Positions 10,111-20,687 of a DNA stretch of 64,000 nt are shown piece after piece. Position numbers and translations under genes: made by a program. The notes under the pieces were generated by a model. That model was not told the origin of the DNA, made no database searches, and worked only from the letters and a program-made list of their open reading frames with translations. Positions within the stretch are counted from its first letter, which is position 1. Each line of letters starts with the position of its first letter. The DNA lies in NCBI RefSeq assembly GCF_041663085.1, contig NZ_JBAZRC010000006.1, forward strand, positions 4,586 to 68,585, written 5' to 3'. The stretch is from Mucilaginibacter sp. Its GTDB lineage: Bacteria > Bacteroidota > Bacteroidia > Sphingobacteriales > Sphingobacteriaceae.

Positions 10111-10944
10111 ATGCACAGAGCTTTTATAACACTTCTGCTTATTGTTGTTATTAAAAGCTACGGCTTTGCCCAAATTGAATTACCCGCCAAGGTATATCCG
10201 TTTAATTTTAAGTACCTGGGCTATGCGGCTCAAGATTTAATAGTAAACGACACAATTGTTCCAACTTATCAGGCCTCAAAATATTACTATATTAATTCCT
10301 ATACAGGTAAAAAAATATTGAGCCAGGGCTTTGAAGAAGCCTATCCGTTTTATAATGGGTTTGGGTTAGTTAAAATCAATGGCAAATATGGCATCATCAA
10401 AAAAAGCGGACAAATGGCTGTAGAAGCAGTTTACACAAGCTTCCAGGTCTCTTTGCCGCGCCCGAGCATTAGTTTCGGTTTTCAAAAAAATTTCAACCTA
10501 ATAGAAGGGGTCTTGTCTGATAAAGATTACTTCGATGGTGAACCTGTGATACGGGAGTATCCAGCAATTAAAAAAGGCAGGTATTTCTATTTACTTGACA
10601 CAAGTCGAACAGACATTCCTTTGATTTATGACGATTTTGCAGCACCAAAAGACTTTTGGAAATACAACGGTTTATACGCGCTTAAAAATGGCTTATTCTG
10701 GTATTATTTCAACAAAGGCACATTGTTATTTAAAAACAAAAACAAACCACTTTCATTTACAGATGATGTGTTTATTTATAAAACACGTGGGCTATATAAC
10801 ATCATAAACAATAAAGGAGTTACTGTACTTTCTAAAAACTATAAATGGATAGCGGCCAATGGCCATGTGGCCATAAACCTTAATAATGAGGTGGTACTCT
10901 TAAACAGGTTAAAAAGCGAAATCTTATATTTCCCTAAAAACTGA
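10111..10944 (+). CDS. WG (KWG) repeat-containing protein, secreted
   Basis: The ATG at 10111 gives the signal 'MHRAFITLLLIVVIKSYGFAQ'. Motif 'FYNGFGLVKINGKYGIIKKSGQ' is typical of WG repeats. Confidence 0.6.
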   Translation: MHRAFITLLLIVVIKSYGFAQIELPAKVYPFNFKYLGYAAQDLIVNDTIVPTYQASKYYYINSYTGKKILSQGFEEAYPFYNGFGLVKINGKYGIIKKSGQMAVEAVYTSFQVSLPRPSISFGFQKNFNLIEGVLSDKDYFDGEPVIREYPAIKKGRYFYLLDTSRTDIPLIYDDFAAPKDFWKYNGLYALKNGLFWYYFNKGTLLFKNKNKPLSFTDDVFIYKTRGLYNIINNKGVTVLSKNYKWIAANGHVAINLNNEVVLLNRLKSEILYFPKN

Positions 10945-10951
10945 TGAAGCT

Positions 10952-11536
10952 ATGATCTTCCATTTCAGAAACAAGTTCCCGCAGCTCAATTTCTTTTGGG
11001 ACAAGTACCTGCCCTATCAAGAACGGTTGGAGATCCCGGCCAAAACAATTTTGCTGGAAGAAGGCAAGGTGTCACAAAACTACATCTTCATAGAAAAAGG
11101 CTGCGTAAGGGCATTCTTTAACAATAACGGCGACGATAAAACCGTCCAGTTCTTTTTCGAGAACGAAGGGCTTACTTCCTTTGATAGTTTTACAAACAAC
11201 GTCCCCAGTTTAATAACTATCGAAACTATTGAGCCGTCGGTTGTTTATTTACTGCCTAAAAAACACGTCCTCCGGCTGGTAGAAGAGTTAACCCGCGAAC
11301 CGGAGTTTGTTCAACTAATGCTGCGCATGTTTGCACAGCGGCAAATGCATTACATGAACGAGTTTTTCTCCTTTATCCGCGATACGCCCGAGCAACGCTA
11401 CCAAAACCTGCTGAACAATCGGCCTCATATCATCCAAAGGGTTCCACAACATTACATCGCCTCATACCTGGGTGTAAGCACCGTACACCTTAGCCGTATA
11501 AAAAGTAAAATAGCCAAAGGCAACGCGCATTTCTAA
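10952..11536 (+). CDS. Crp/Fnr-family transcriptional regulator
   Basis: A cNMP-binding-like N-terminal half plus a C-terminal HTH 'IASYLGVSTVHLSRIK'. Confidence 0.8.
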   Translation: MIFHFRNKFPQLNFFWDKYLPYQERLEIPAKTILLEEGKVSQNYIFIEKGCVRAFFNNNGDDKTVQFFFENEGLTSFDSFTNNVPSLITIETIEPSVVYLLPKKHVLRLVEELTREPEFVQLMLRMFAQRQMHYMNEFFSFIRDTPEQRYQNLLNNRPHIIQRVPQHYIASYLGVSTVHLSRIKSKIAKGNAHF

Positions 11537-11609
11537 ACTTGATAACATATGTTATCGTACAGGGGCTTAGCGCTACCCTACTTTTGTCTTAACAAAAAGA
11601 CAGAAGAAA

Positions 11610-12581
11610 ATGAAAGCAGCAGTAATATACCAAAAGGGAGGATTACCTCAATATATCGATTTCCCGGAGCCAGCCGTTCAGAACGATGATGAAGTTTTAG
11701 TTACCGTAAAGGCAGTGGCTATTAAACACTTTGATAAAGGCGTAGCTGCCGGCAGTCATTACTCAAGCGAAGCACCAAAAGACAATGGCCGTATAATTGG
11801 TGGCGATGGCGTTTGCCTGCTTGCCGATGGCACACGAGTTTATGCTATTGGCGTAAGCGGCATGCTGGCCCAAAAAGCAACCATCCGTAAAGGCTATACC
11901 GTACCTGTGCCCAATGGGTTGGACGATGCTACAGCGGCCGCCCTGCCAAATGGTGTTATGGGCGCAGCCATGGGGCTAAAATTTAAAGCGGATATACAAC
12001 CAGGCGATGTAGTACTAATAAACGGCGCTACCGGCTTTACCGGCCGCATTGCGGTACAGATAGCCAAATACTATGGCGCAAAAAAGGTGATAGTAACCGG
12101 CCGCAACCAACAATCGCTGGATGACCTGCTATTGCTTGGTGCAGATGAAATTATATCCGTATTGCAGGATGACGAAAGCTTCAAAGCGCAGATCACTGCA
12201 ATTCATCAAACTACCCCGATTGATATTATAATCGATTACCTGTGGAGCCATACCGCCGAAATGATATTGGCCTGCATAAAAGGAGATGGCTCATTCACCA
12301 ACAAAATAAGATACGTATCGATAGGTAGCATGGGCGGTGACCTGATCCAGCTATCGGCAGCAAACCTCAGGAGTGTCAATCTGCAATTAACCGGCTCAGG
12401 CCTTGGCAGTTGGTCTAAACAGCAGGTTGGGCAGCTTATAAGTGAGATATTACCAGAGATGTTCCGGCTGGCAACACAAGGCGCGCTTAAAATAGAAACT
12501 ACTCAAGTTAAATTACAGGACATTGCCGAACTATGGAACCTTGACGTACCGGGCGGACAGCGCCTGGTAGTAATCATTTAG
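11610..12581 (+). CDS. zinc-binding/quinone oxidoreductase-type MDR dehydrogenase
   Basis: MDR fold pattern with the nucleotide-binding segment 'INGATGFTGRIAVQIAKYYGA'. Confidence 0.75.
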   Translation: MKAAVIYQKGGLPQYIDFPEPAVQNDDEVLVTVKAVAIKHFDKGVAAGSHYSSEAPKDNGRIIGGDGVCLLADGTRVYAIGVSGMLAQKATIRKGYTVPVPNGLDDATAAALPNGVMGAAMGLKFKADIQPGDVVLINGATGFTGRIAVQIAKYYGAKKVIVTGRNQQSLDDLLLLGADEIISVLQDDESFKAQITAIHQTTPIDIIIDYLWSHTAEMILACIKGDGSFTNKIRYVSIGSMGGDLIQLSAANLRSVNLQLTGSGLGSWSKQQVGQLISEILPEMFRLATQGALKIETTQVKLQDIAELWNLDVPGGQRLVVII

Positions 12582-12615
12582 ATGAGTGATTTTATACCCG
12601 GATAGCAAACGATAA

Positions 12616-13962
12616 TTATAGCCCTTTAGTCGGGCTACCATTTATTTTGGTTACAAGCCTGTATAAGGGGTACGATACCAGGAAAAGGGCCACAACAAAT
12701 ATAAAGCTCCTGGTATCGCTTATTGCAAAGCCAACAAACAACACCAGGCTAACCGTAAGCGCAAGAATAGTTAAATAAGGATAGCCCCATGCTTTATACG
12801 GGCGATGAAGATCCGGTTCTTTTTTCCGCAGCATTAATAATGATGCAAAAGAAAAAGCGGTAACAACGGTTAACATTACCGCCGCAAGGGAGAAGATTTG
12901 CTCAAAAGTATTATACCGTATAAAAATAAGCGTTAATACATAACAAACCAGCAAAGAAACGTATGGGGTGCCCCCCTTGTTTAATAAGGCACCCTGCTTT
13001 ATAAAAAAGCCTTCGCGGCTTAAGCCAAAAAGTATCCGCGAGGGTATCAGCATGTACGCATTTAATATACTGATGACAGAAAAGATGGCTATTATATTGA
13101 TGATGACAGAACTCCAGCTGCCAAAAGCAACCTCGGCGGCGGCAGAAGCAGCCAATGGCGATTTAGCGATTGAACTAAGCGGAAGCACATATAAAATGGC
13201 CCCGTTAATAAGCAGGTAAAGGGTAATGATGGTAATAGCACCAATAAAATAAGACCGGGCTATATTTTTACCGGGGTTCTCATCTTCTTCTGCAAAAAAG
13301 GAAACTGCCATCCAACCGTCGTAAGTACCTAAAATTAGTTGCATGGCTTTAAAAAAGGCAATTATCAGCGCTCCATTAAATACAATAGTTTCTGGAACCA
13401 ATAAGCCTGATGATTGCTGGGGCTTTGCCAAAAAACAACCGGCAACCAAAAATAAAAGTAAAATAACCTTTAAAATACTTGTTATTTTTTGCGTGGCGCT
13501 GCTTGTTTTTATGCCGGGCAAGTTAAGCAATGTAAATGCGGTTAAGTACCCTATACCAACGGCCTTATCATACCCCTGTAATTGCGGGAAAAGCAAGGTG
13601 GTATATTCGCCTAAAACAATGCAGAAAAATGCGGGAGCACTTACATTCAATATAAAATCAAACCAGCCGGCGGCAAAGCCAATATATGTACCAAAAGCTT
13701 TTTTTATGTAATTGAATGCGCCACCGGCCTTTGGCATCATAGCGGTTAGTTCGGCATATGAACTTGCGCATAATAAAATATACATGCCCGTTAAAAGCCA
13801 GCAGCTAAGTATAAGCAGTTTATTGGGCAAAAGCGCGGCAATGCTGCCCGGGGCGCGCAAAATACCGGCGCCAATGGTACTACCCACAACTATTGATACC
13901 CCGAATACAATACCTAAAACCTTTTTTAATTTTACTTCACTTTGTTTATTGGTTTTAGCCAT
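12616..13962 (-). CDS. APC-family amino acid permease
   Basis: About 12 hydrophobic segments and an APC N-terminal signature 'GSTIGAGILRAPG'. Confidence 0.85.
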   Translation of the reverse strand: MAKTNKQSEVKLKKVLGIVFGVSIVVGSTIGAGILRAPGSIAALLPNKLLILSCWLLTGMYILLCASSYAELTAMMPKAGGAFNYIKKAFGTYIGFAAGWFDFILNVSAPAFFCIVLGEYTTLLFPQLQGYDKAVGIGYLTAFTLLNLPGIKTSSATQKITSILKVILLLFLVAGCFLAKPQQSSGLLVPETIVFNGALIIAFFKAMQLILGTYDGWMAVSFFAEEDENPGKNIARSYFIGAITIITLYLLINGAILYVLPLSSIAKSPLAASAAAEVAFGSWSSVIINIIAIFSVISILNAYMLIPSRILFGLSREGFFIKQGALLNKGGTPYVSLLVCYVLTLIFIRYNTFEQIFSLAAVMLTVVTAFSFASLLMLRKKEPDLHRPYKAWGYPYLTILALTVSLVLFVGFAISDTRSFIFVVALFLVSYPLYRLVTKINGSPTKGL

Positions 13963-14034
13963 GCAATTATCAATAGTTATTAGATGCTTAAAGATATATT
14001 CTATTATTAGTACCGGTTTATAATCATATAATAC

Positions 14035-15891
14035 TTACGTTAAATACACTTTAAAAGTTGTGCCTTTGCCTAACTGGCTTTCAACCTCAATTTTACCGCC
14101 CAGTGCCTCTACCTGGTTTTTGGTGATAAAAAGGCCCATGCCTTTCGCATCGCGGTTACCGTTAAAGGTTTTGTACATGCCAAAAAGGTCGCTGCCATGC
14201 TTTTGCAGGTCAATGCCAATGCCATTGTCAGCAACTATAAACCCCTCCCTGTCACCGGCATCTTTAAAATAGCTCAGGGTTATTTTAGGCCGGGTAGTAG
14301 CAGGGCGATATTTTATAGCGTTGCTTATTAAATTAAAGATGATACTTTCTAAATAAGCGGGGCTGTGAATGAGGGAACATTCGGCCGGGATAAGGTTCTC
14401 GATATCTACATCCCATGCTTTAATATCATTTGCCAGTAACGCTATAGCCCTATTAAAATAGTTTAGTAAATTAACTTTAGCAGTTTGAATATTGAGGTTG
14501 GTTTGTATAGATACTACCTCATTAAGGTTAGTAATAGTTTCGTTTAACTGTTCAGAAACTTTTGCCAGATGATTAGATAGTTCCTGCTTTTCCGTTTCGT
14601 TTGTAACCGGGTCGGTTAGTACATCCATCAGCATTTTAAAATTGCTGGCGTGGGTGCGCAGGTTATGCGATACGATGTAGGCAAAATTAAGCAAGCGGTT
14701 GTTTTGCCCGCTTACTACTTCTAAAGTTGCGCGCAGGCGCTGTTCCTGCTCTTTTTGCTCGGTAATATCTGTATGGGTGCCAATGATACGCGCAGGCTTG
14801 TTATTTGCATCATATTCAATAACCTTGCCCCTGTCAAGCACCCATTTGTAGGTACCGTCTTTACACAAAACCCGGTGCTGGTTCGAGTAAAAATCCGACT
14901 TGCCGCTTATATAGGCCCTAACATCTGCCACATATTTATCCCGGTCGTCAGGGTGCACCCTATTTGTCCATTGCCCGGGGATGTTGCTAAACTCATTTTC
15001 CTCAAGGCCTATCATACTCAGGCATTGTTTTGAGTGGAAAACAGTATTATTAACCAGGTCAAGGTCCCAAATGCCACCACCCGACCCTTCAGAAGCAAAG
15101 ATCCACCTTCGCTCGCTTTCTTTTAATTCTGCTTCGGCCTGTTTACGCCCGGTAATATCTTTTATCTGCGAAACAAAATACAGCGGAACTTCAGACTTGT
15201 CGCGTACAATACCTACGTTTAACAATGACCAAATAACCCCTCCATCCTTTTTTAAATACCTTTTTTCCAACTGGTACCCGCTTATCTCTTTGTTCAGCGT
15301 TCTTTGCAGGAGGGCAAGATCAGCCTCAAGGTCTTCAGGGTACGTTATCTGCTGGAAAGTTTTTGTTATCAGTTCATCGGCCGTATAGCCCAGCATATCG
15401 CATACGCTTTTGTTTACTTTTAAAAACTTTCCTTCTACCGATACAAGCACCATCCCAATAGGCGAGTACACAAAAGCGTTCCTGAATGTTTCTTCGCTTA
15501 TTTCGAGGGTTTGTTCGGTGAGTTTTTTATCGCTGATATCAATATGGCATCCTACCATACGTACCGGCTCATCATTATCCCATTCAATTACACGGCCTGT
15601 GCTGTTTATCCAAACTGTCGAGCCGTTTTTGTGGGTGTACCTTACATCAATATTAAATGGTTTTTTACCGTGGCTTTCGTAATGTTGCCGAAGGCAAGCA
15701 TCCATGCGCGGCCTGTCTTCGGGTATGATCAGGTTTGCCCATGTTTCGGTAGTGTTTGGCAGTTCATCATCCTGGTAGCCAAATATATTTTTAAAGGCAC
15801 TGCTATAGATCACCTTATCTTCCCGCAGATAACAATCCCAATACCCCGCAAGGGTTTCTTCAAGAATGATCTTATAAATATTCTCCATCAA
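14035..15891 (-). CDS. multi-PAS sensor histidine kinase
   Basis: Three PAS/PAC-like repeats ('..GSTVWINSTGRV', '..GGVIWSLLNVGIV', '..GTYKWVLDRGKV'). H-box 'VSHNLRTH' and G2 box 'GMGLFITKNQVEALGG'. Confidence 0.9.
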   Translation of the reverse strand: MMENIYKIILEETLAGYWDCYLREDKVIYSSAFKNIFGYQDDELPNTTETWANLIIPEDRPRMDACLRQHYESHGKKPFNIDVRYTHKNGSTVWINSTGRVIEWDNDEPVRMVGCHIDISDKKLTEQTLEISEETFRNAFVYSPIGMVLVSVEGKFLKVNKSVCDMLGYTADELITKTFQQITYPEDLEADLALLQRTLNKEISGYQLEKRYLKKDGGVIWSLLNVGIVRDKSEVPLYFVSQIKDITGRKQAEAELKESERRWIFASEGSGGGIWDLDLVNNTVFHSKQCLSMIGLEENEFSNIPGQWTNRVHPDDRDKYVADVRAYISGKSDFYSNQHRVLCKDGTYKWVLDRGKVIEYDANNKPARIIGTHTDITEQKEQEQRLRATLEVVSGQNNRLLNFAYIVSHNLRTHASNFKMLMDVLTDPVTNETEKQELSNHLAKVSEQLNETITNLNEVVSIQTNLNIQTAKVNLLNYFNRAIALLANDIKAWDVDIENLIPAECSLIHSPAYLESIIFNLISNAIKYRPATTRPKITLSYFKDAGDREGFIVADNGIGIDLQKHGSDLFGMYKTFNGNRDAKGMGLFITKNQVEALGGKIEVESQLGKGTTFKVYLT

Positions 15892-16002
15892 TCAGGGGTA
15901 TTGGATAATGCTAAACGGTAACCCAATATACGACAATTTAAGAAGATATAAGTTTGATTAATAGGCATTTCTAATTTTACCCATCTGCCTTATTATTAAC
16001 AC

Positions 16003-17214
16003 TTATACAAAATTAAGCCCGGCAAAGTCCCTGTTTAATATCCGGCTGTTATTTACATTGAGCCATTTATCAAGCAGTGTGGCATAAACATCTCTAAAAT
16101 CTATCTCATATTTCAGGTCGCCGTTATCTAATTGGGCCAGGTTGGGGGCGTTGTTGTAGATACCCGCCTTTTTAAGCTTACCGCCAAATATCATAACGTT
16201 GTTTGCCGTGCCATGGTCGGTGCCATTACTGGCATTTTGCTCTACCCGGCGGCCAAATTCAGAGAAGGTCATTACCAGGGTATCATCAAGCTTACCGGCT
16301 TGTTTAAGGTCTTTTACAAAGGCGGCCACCGCATCGCCATAAATTTTAAGCTGGCGCCCTTGCTGGTTTTGCTGCTGGGTATGGGTGTCAAACCCGCTTA
16401 ATGATACATAGTAAACCCTTGTTTTTAATCCTGAATTTATAAACTTAGCCACGCTTTTTAGCTGTTTTGCAAACGCCGTTTGCGGATATTCTGCAGTAGT
16501 ATTATATGTTTTTGAGGTTTGCTGTATATAGTTAGCCGATGAATAGGTTTCTATCATGGTTTTGTATAAGTAACCTAAATTATCCTCATTCAGATGTGCG
16601 CTGTTGTGTTCATCAACCAGCTCTTTAAAAAAAGGCTCCCGGGTGTTTTGGTATAGCTTCGCCGGGTTTTGCACCGCAATCCCTTTCATTTTAGCTCCCT
16701 TCATGGCAAGTGATAAGGTATCATCAACCTCAACGGCGGTGTATGGGTCTTTATTAACAGCGCAATTGGCATCCAGGTACCGGCCTATCCAGCCGGTAGT
16801 TAAAAACTGATTAGCTTCACTCCCGGTTTGCCATATATCCATCGAACGGAAATGCGACCTGTCGGGATTGGGATAACCTACAGAATTGATCACACTCATC
16901 CAGCCCTGATCGTAAATTTCTTTTAGGGCCGAGAGGTTGGGGTTAAGGCCCTGCATATCATTTAGTGTAACTATCTCCGTTTTTTTTATGGCGATGGTGT
17001 TACGTTTCTGGTAATAAATATCGTTGCCATAAGGCACAATGGTATTCAGCCCGTCGTTACCGCCTGATAGCTGTATGATCACCAGGTTTTTATACCCGGT
17101 CATATCGGCGGATGCCATAGCCTCTAACGGCTTTAAAAATGATGGTATTAAAAACGCGCCCGATGCCAGCGTTGTGCTTTTTAAAAAATCTCTTCTCTTC
17201 ATCACTTTATCCAA
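16003..17214 (-). CDS. DUF1501 domain protein (Tat-exported, sulfatase-like fold)
   Basis: Twin-arginine signal 'MKRRDFLKSTTLASGAF', plus 'GGNDGLNT' and 'GTDHGT' motifs typical of DUF1501. Confidence 0.85.
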   Translation of the reverse strand: MDKVMKRRDFLKSTTLASGAFLIPSFLKPLEAMASADMTGYKNLVIIQLSGGNDGLNTIVPYGNDIYYQKRNTIAIKKTEIVTLNDMQGLNPNLSALKEIYDQGWMSVINSVGYPNPDRSHFRSMDIWQTGSEANQFLTTGWIGRYLDANCAVNKDPYTAVEVDDTLSLAMKGAKMKGIAVQNPAKLYQNTREPFFKELVDEHNSAHLNEDNLGYLYKTMIETYSSANYIQQTSKTYNTTAEYPQTAFAKQLKSVAKFINSGLKTRVYYVSLSGFDTHTQQQNQQGRQLKIYGDAVAAFVKDLKQAGKLDDTLVMTFSEFGRRVEQNASNGTDHGTANNVMIFGGKLKKAGIYNNAPNLAQLDNGDLKYEIDFRDVYATLLDKWLNVNNSRILNRDFAGLNFV

Positions 17215-18642
17215 TTAACATAGTTGATACTCGGGTGTCGAAACCAGTTCAATAGCCATTGCCTTTATATTGGTGGCCTTATTGATCATCTGCATTAAGT
17301 TGTTACTTATCGGCGTAGCCAACAATACATGTGCAATTGCTGCTTTAGAGGTGCCGGGTGGTATAGCCGCCAAAAAATCATCCCAGTTTGGCTGGCTTTG
17401 CGCCGGTGTATTTACATCCTTACGGGCATTAGTGTTTGGTATAGCAGCCAGTACCGCTTCGTCTTCCGGGTCAGTTTTGCCTTTAAAATCAATTACACCA
17501 TCACTTAAAACCGTTGATGGTATCTTTATCCTGTACATGAGCGATGAGCTATCAATCCAACTTTTGCCACCGGGCCAACCGGCAACATTTGGTGGATTAA
17601 ACAGCACCTGCCCCAAAGTACGCTGAAACTGCAGCAGCACATCCGGGTTTTTATAATCAACATAAAACTGCCTGCTAAGCCCAACAATAAAATCAACAGG
17701 CGATTTAATAATGTTCCCTATATTTTTATCCGCATAAAACCAGTCGGCAGTAAAAATCAATTTCAATACCGGGGTTATCTCATAATTGCTATTGTAAAAC
17801 ACATCGGCCATGGTGTTAATATGCTTAGGGTCGGGGGTGTCATTAACCAGGTATTTATACAACTTAGTACAAATAAAATTTGCCGTTTCCTTTTTTTGCA
17901 GCAGGGTATCAATAATATCAGCGCCGGTAAAGTTCCCGGATTTACCCATAAAAGTTTTTGGCCCGGCATCATGCAAAAACTTACGTTCAGCAAATTCGCC
18001 GTTATTGTTAAACCCCCATCCGGTAAAAGCCCTGGCCGATTCTTTAATGTCCTGCTCGGTATAATTTCCTCGACCAATGGTAAAAAGCTCCATCAACTCG
18101 CGGGCGAAGTTCTCATTAGGGTGGCCCTTTTTATTTTGTTGATTATTTAAAAACTGGAGCATAGCCGGGGCCTGCGAAACCTGCAACAACATGGTGCGGA
18201 AATTACCAAGAGCATGCTCTCTGTGTATATTATTCAATTGCTGGGCATACCAGGGGTTTTGTGTACGGCAGGCAAAATGATTATGCCAAAAAAGGGTCAT
18301 CTTCTCCCGTAACTGGCTATCGCCGCTGCTCATTTGAGTTACCCAGGCAATGTTCAGATCTTTCTCCAGCTGGCGTTGTTGTTGCAAAAACATCTTTTTG
18401 GTTAATGCATCATCAGCATCTTTATAGCTACTGTTAGTAGCCACCACATTAAGCTGTCTTATTTCTCCGGAAGCTTTAAAAAGCTGGTCGGTAGTTTGTT
18501 TTACAGTGAGGTGCTGCGCTTGTTGCAGATCTGCAAAGCGCAGCCCAAAACCCGCCCTTGCATACAAATGCGCTATTTTTTTTATGCCATCCATTATAGT
18601 TATGACAACCATGCCGGGGAGTGGTTTAATCCCTAACGGCAA
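17215..18642 (-). CDS. DUF1800 domain protein
   Basis: 'HLYARAGFG', 'LFWHNHF', 'MLQFLNN..N' and 'NENFARELMELFTIG' are DUF1800 hallmarks. The likely true start is the internal 'MDGIKK' near 18594. Confidence 0.8.
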   Translation of the reverse strand: MPLGIKPLPGMVVITIMDGIKKIAHLYARAGFGLRFADLQQAQHLTVKQTTDQLFKASGEIRQLNVVATNSSYKDADDALTKKMFLQQQRQLEKDLNIAWVTQMSSGDSQLREKMTLFWHNHFACRTQNPWYAQQLNNIHREHALGNFRTMLLQVSQAPAMLQFLNNQQNKKGHPNENFARELMELFTIGRGNYTEQDIKESARAFTGWGFNNNGEFAERKFLHDAGPKTFMGKSGNFTGADIIDTLLQKKETANFICTKLYKYLVNDTPDPKHINTMADVFYNSNYEITPVLKLIFTADWFYADKNIGNIIKSPVDFIVGLSRQFYVDYKNPDVLLQFQRTLGQVLFNPPNVAGWPGGKSWIDSSSLMYRIKIPSTVLSDGVIDFKGKTDPEDEAVLAAIPNTNARKDVNTPAQSQPNWDDFLAAIPPGTSKAAIAHVLLATPISNNLMQMINKATNIKAMAIELVSTPEYQLC

Positions 18643-18709
18643 TTTTTTTAATTCACTATTAAAATCATCCCAACAAGTGTTATATTCGTGTCGCCTAACC
18701 TTAATTTAA

Positions 18710-20680
18710 ATGAATAAGATTTTTACTGCCCTGGTATTGTGCCTTAGTATTTCATTAGCTAATGCACAAACAAAACCCCTTACCCAGCCCTTCGGTAAAG
18801 TTGATGCTGCCGACCTTGAATCAAAAAGCTGCGATTTTGAGAAAGATGCTAACGCTGAGATCCTTTTTGATAAAGCTGAGATATATTATGATGCCAACCT
18901 TGACCTTGGGATGGAAAGGCATAAAAGAATAAAAATATATAATACCAATGGAAAAGATAACGCCAATATCCGTATTGAATATTATAGCGGCAACCATGTG
19001 GAATATATTACCGGGCTACAGGCACAAACCATTAACTTAGTTAACGGCAAGCCCGAAATAACCAAGCTTGATAAAAAACTGGTGTTTACAGAACGTATTG
19101 ATAAAATGCGCTCGGCCCTTGTTTTTAGTATGCCCAATGTAAAAGAGGGGTCTATAATTGAATACAAATATATTTGGAACACCAACTCGCTGAGCAATTT
19201 CCCCGATTGGTACTTTCAGGACAAACTACCAACACGTTACAGCGAGCTTACCACCTCTATTCCCGACTTTTTGTACTTTAAGCAAAAAGCAAATATAGTA
19301 CAGCCGCTAATTGTAAACACCCGCAAAGACGAAGGCCGTAGTATGGGCACTGGTACCAACATGGTACCTTACACCCTTGAAAGAAACACAAGGGGAATGG
19401 CAAATGTACCATCATTAACGGATGAACCCTACATGACTGCTACTACTGATAATTTGCAGTCTATTATATACCAGTTAACCTCTATCAGGCCAACCATGGG
19501 TATCATCAAAAGTTTTTCTGATACCTGGGCAAAGGTTGGGGGCATCCTGGCCGATGATGAAGATTTTGGCCTTCAGCTAAAAAGAAAACTAACCGGCGAG
19601 GAAGCCATCATTGCAAAAGCCAAGGCACTTAAAACCGACGACCAAAAGATACAATACATTTTTGGCGAAGTAAAAAACACCATGAAATGGGATGGCGTTG
19701 ACCGCTGGTACACCAATGACGGCACTTCAAAAGCCTGGGAAAAGAAAACCGGCAACTCGGCCGAAGTTAACCTGATACTATACCATTTATTAAAACAGGC
19801 CGGCGTTAAAGCTTACCCAATGGTAGTAAGCACGCGCGAACATGGCAAGGTAGTACCTTACTATACTTTTTTATACCAGTTTAACAGGGCGGTGGTTTAT
19901 ATACCCATAGATAGTACCCGCAACTATGTGCTTGATGCAACAAACAAGTATAATATTTATAATGAACTGCCCGACAACCTGCTGAACTCTGACGCTTTGT
20001 ATATTGACAAGGAAAAGAAACAGTATGATATGGTTTACCTGGAAAGGAAAGACCCCGTTAGGCAGATAGTGATTGTAAGGGGCGAAGTTAAACCGGATGG
20101 AAAAATGAACGGCACGGCACAAATAAGCAGCTTTGGCTATAACCGTATCCATACCCTATCGCGCTACAAAACAGATGGCGAGCAAAAATATACCGACTAT
20201 TTAAGGGAGAATAACAATAACCTGAAGGTAACATCGCTTAAGTTTGATAACATGGAAATTGATACCCTGCCGTTAACGCAAAACATTAATTTCAACCTCG
20301 ACCTGACCAGTTCTGATGATAATTACATCTACTTTGTACCAAATATCTTTAGTTCGTTACGCACCAATCCGTTTTTAAGCGAAAACAGGCGCACTGATAT
20401 TGAATTTGGTTACCGTAATAGCTATTCTATTATAGGCACCTATACATTACCCGCAAATTATAAAATTGATGCGCTGCCAAAAAGCGCTACCATGACCATG
20501 CCCGATGGCAGCATTACCTTTAAACGCTATGTGGCCACAGAGAACGGCACTTTAATGGTACGCTATGTTATTGATCATAAAAGCACCCTTTATCCTAAAG
20601 ATAGCTACCCGGATTTCCGTGAGTTTTATAAAAAGATGTATGAGATGCTGAACGAGCAGGTTGTGTTAAAAAAATCTTAA
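18710..20680 (+). CDS. DUF3857/transglutaminase-like paralogue with degenerate active site
   Basis: Signal peptide. It is homologous in layout to the next gene, but the transglutaminase core reads 'KKTGNSAEV ... FNRAVV ... VLDAT' (Cys to Ser, His to Arg). Confidence 0.7.
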   Translation: MNKIFTALVLCLSISLANAQTKPLTQPFGKVDAADLESKSCDFEKDANAEILFDKAEIYYDANLDLGMERHKRIKIYNTNGKDNANIRIEYYSGNHVEYITGLQAQTINLVNGKPEITKLDKKLVFTERIDKMRSALVFSMPNVKEGSIIEYKYIWNTNSLSNFPDWYFQDKLPTRYSELTTSIPDFLYFKQKANIVQPLIVNTRKDEGRSMGTGTNMVPYTLERNTRGMANVPSLTDEPYMTATTDNLQSIIYQLTSIRPTMGIIKSFSDTWAKVGGILADDEDFGLQLKRKLTGEEAIIAKAKALKTDDQKIQYIFGEVKNTMKWDGVDRWYTNDGTSKAWEKKTGNSAEVNLILYHLLKQAGVKAYPMVVSTREHGKVVPYYTFLYQFNRAVVYIPIDSTRNYVLDATNKYNIYNELPDNLLNSDALYIDKEKKQYDMVYLERKDPVRQIVIVRGEVKPDGKMNGTAQISSFGYNRIHTLSRYKTDGEQKYTDYLRENNNNLKVTSLKFDNMEIDTLPLTQNINFNLDLTSSDDNYIYFVPNIFSSLRTNPFLSENRRTDIEFGYRNSYSIIGTYTLPANYKIDALPKSATMTMPDGSITFKRYVATENGTLMVRYVIDHKSTLYPKDSYPDFREFYKKMYEMLNEQVVLKKS

Positions 20681-20687
20681 CCTAAAA

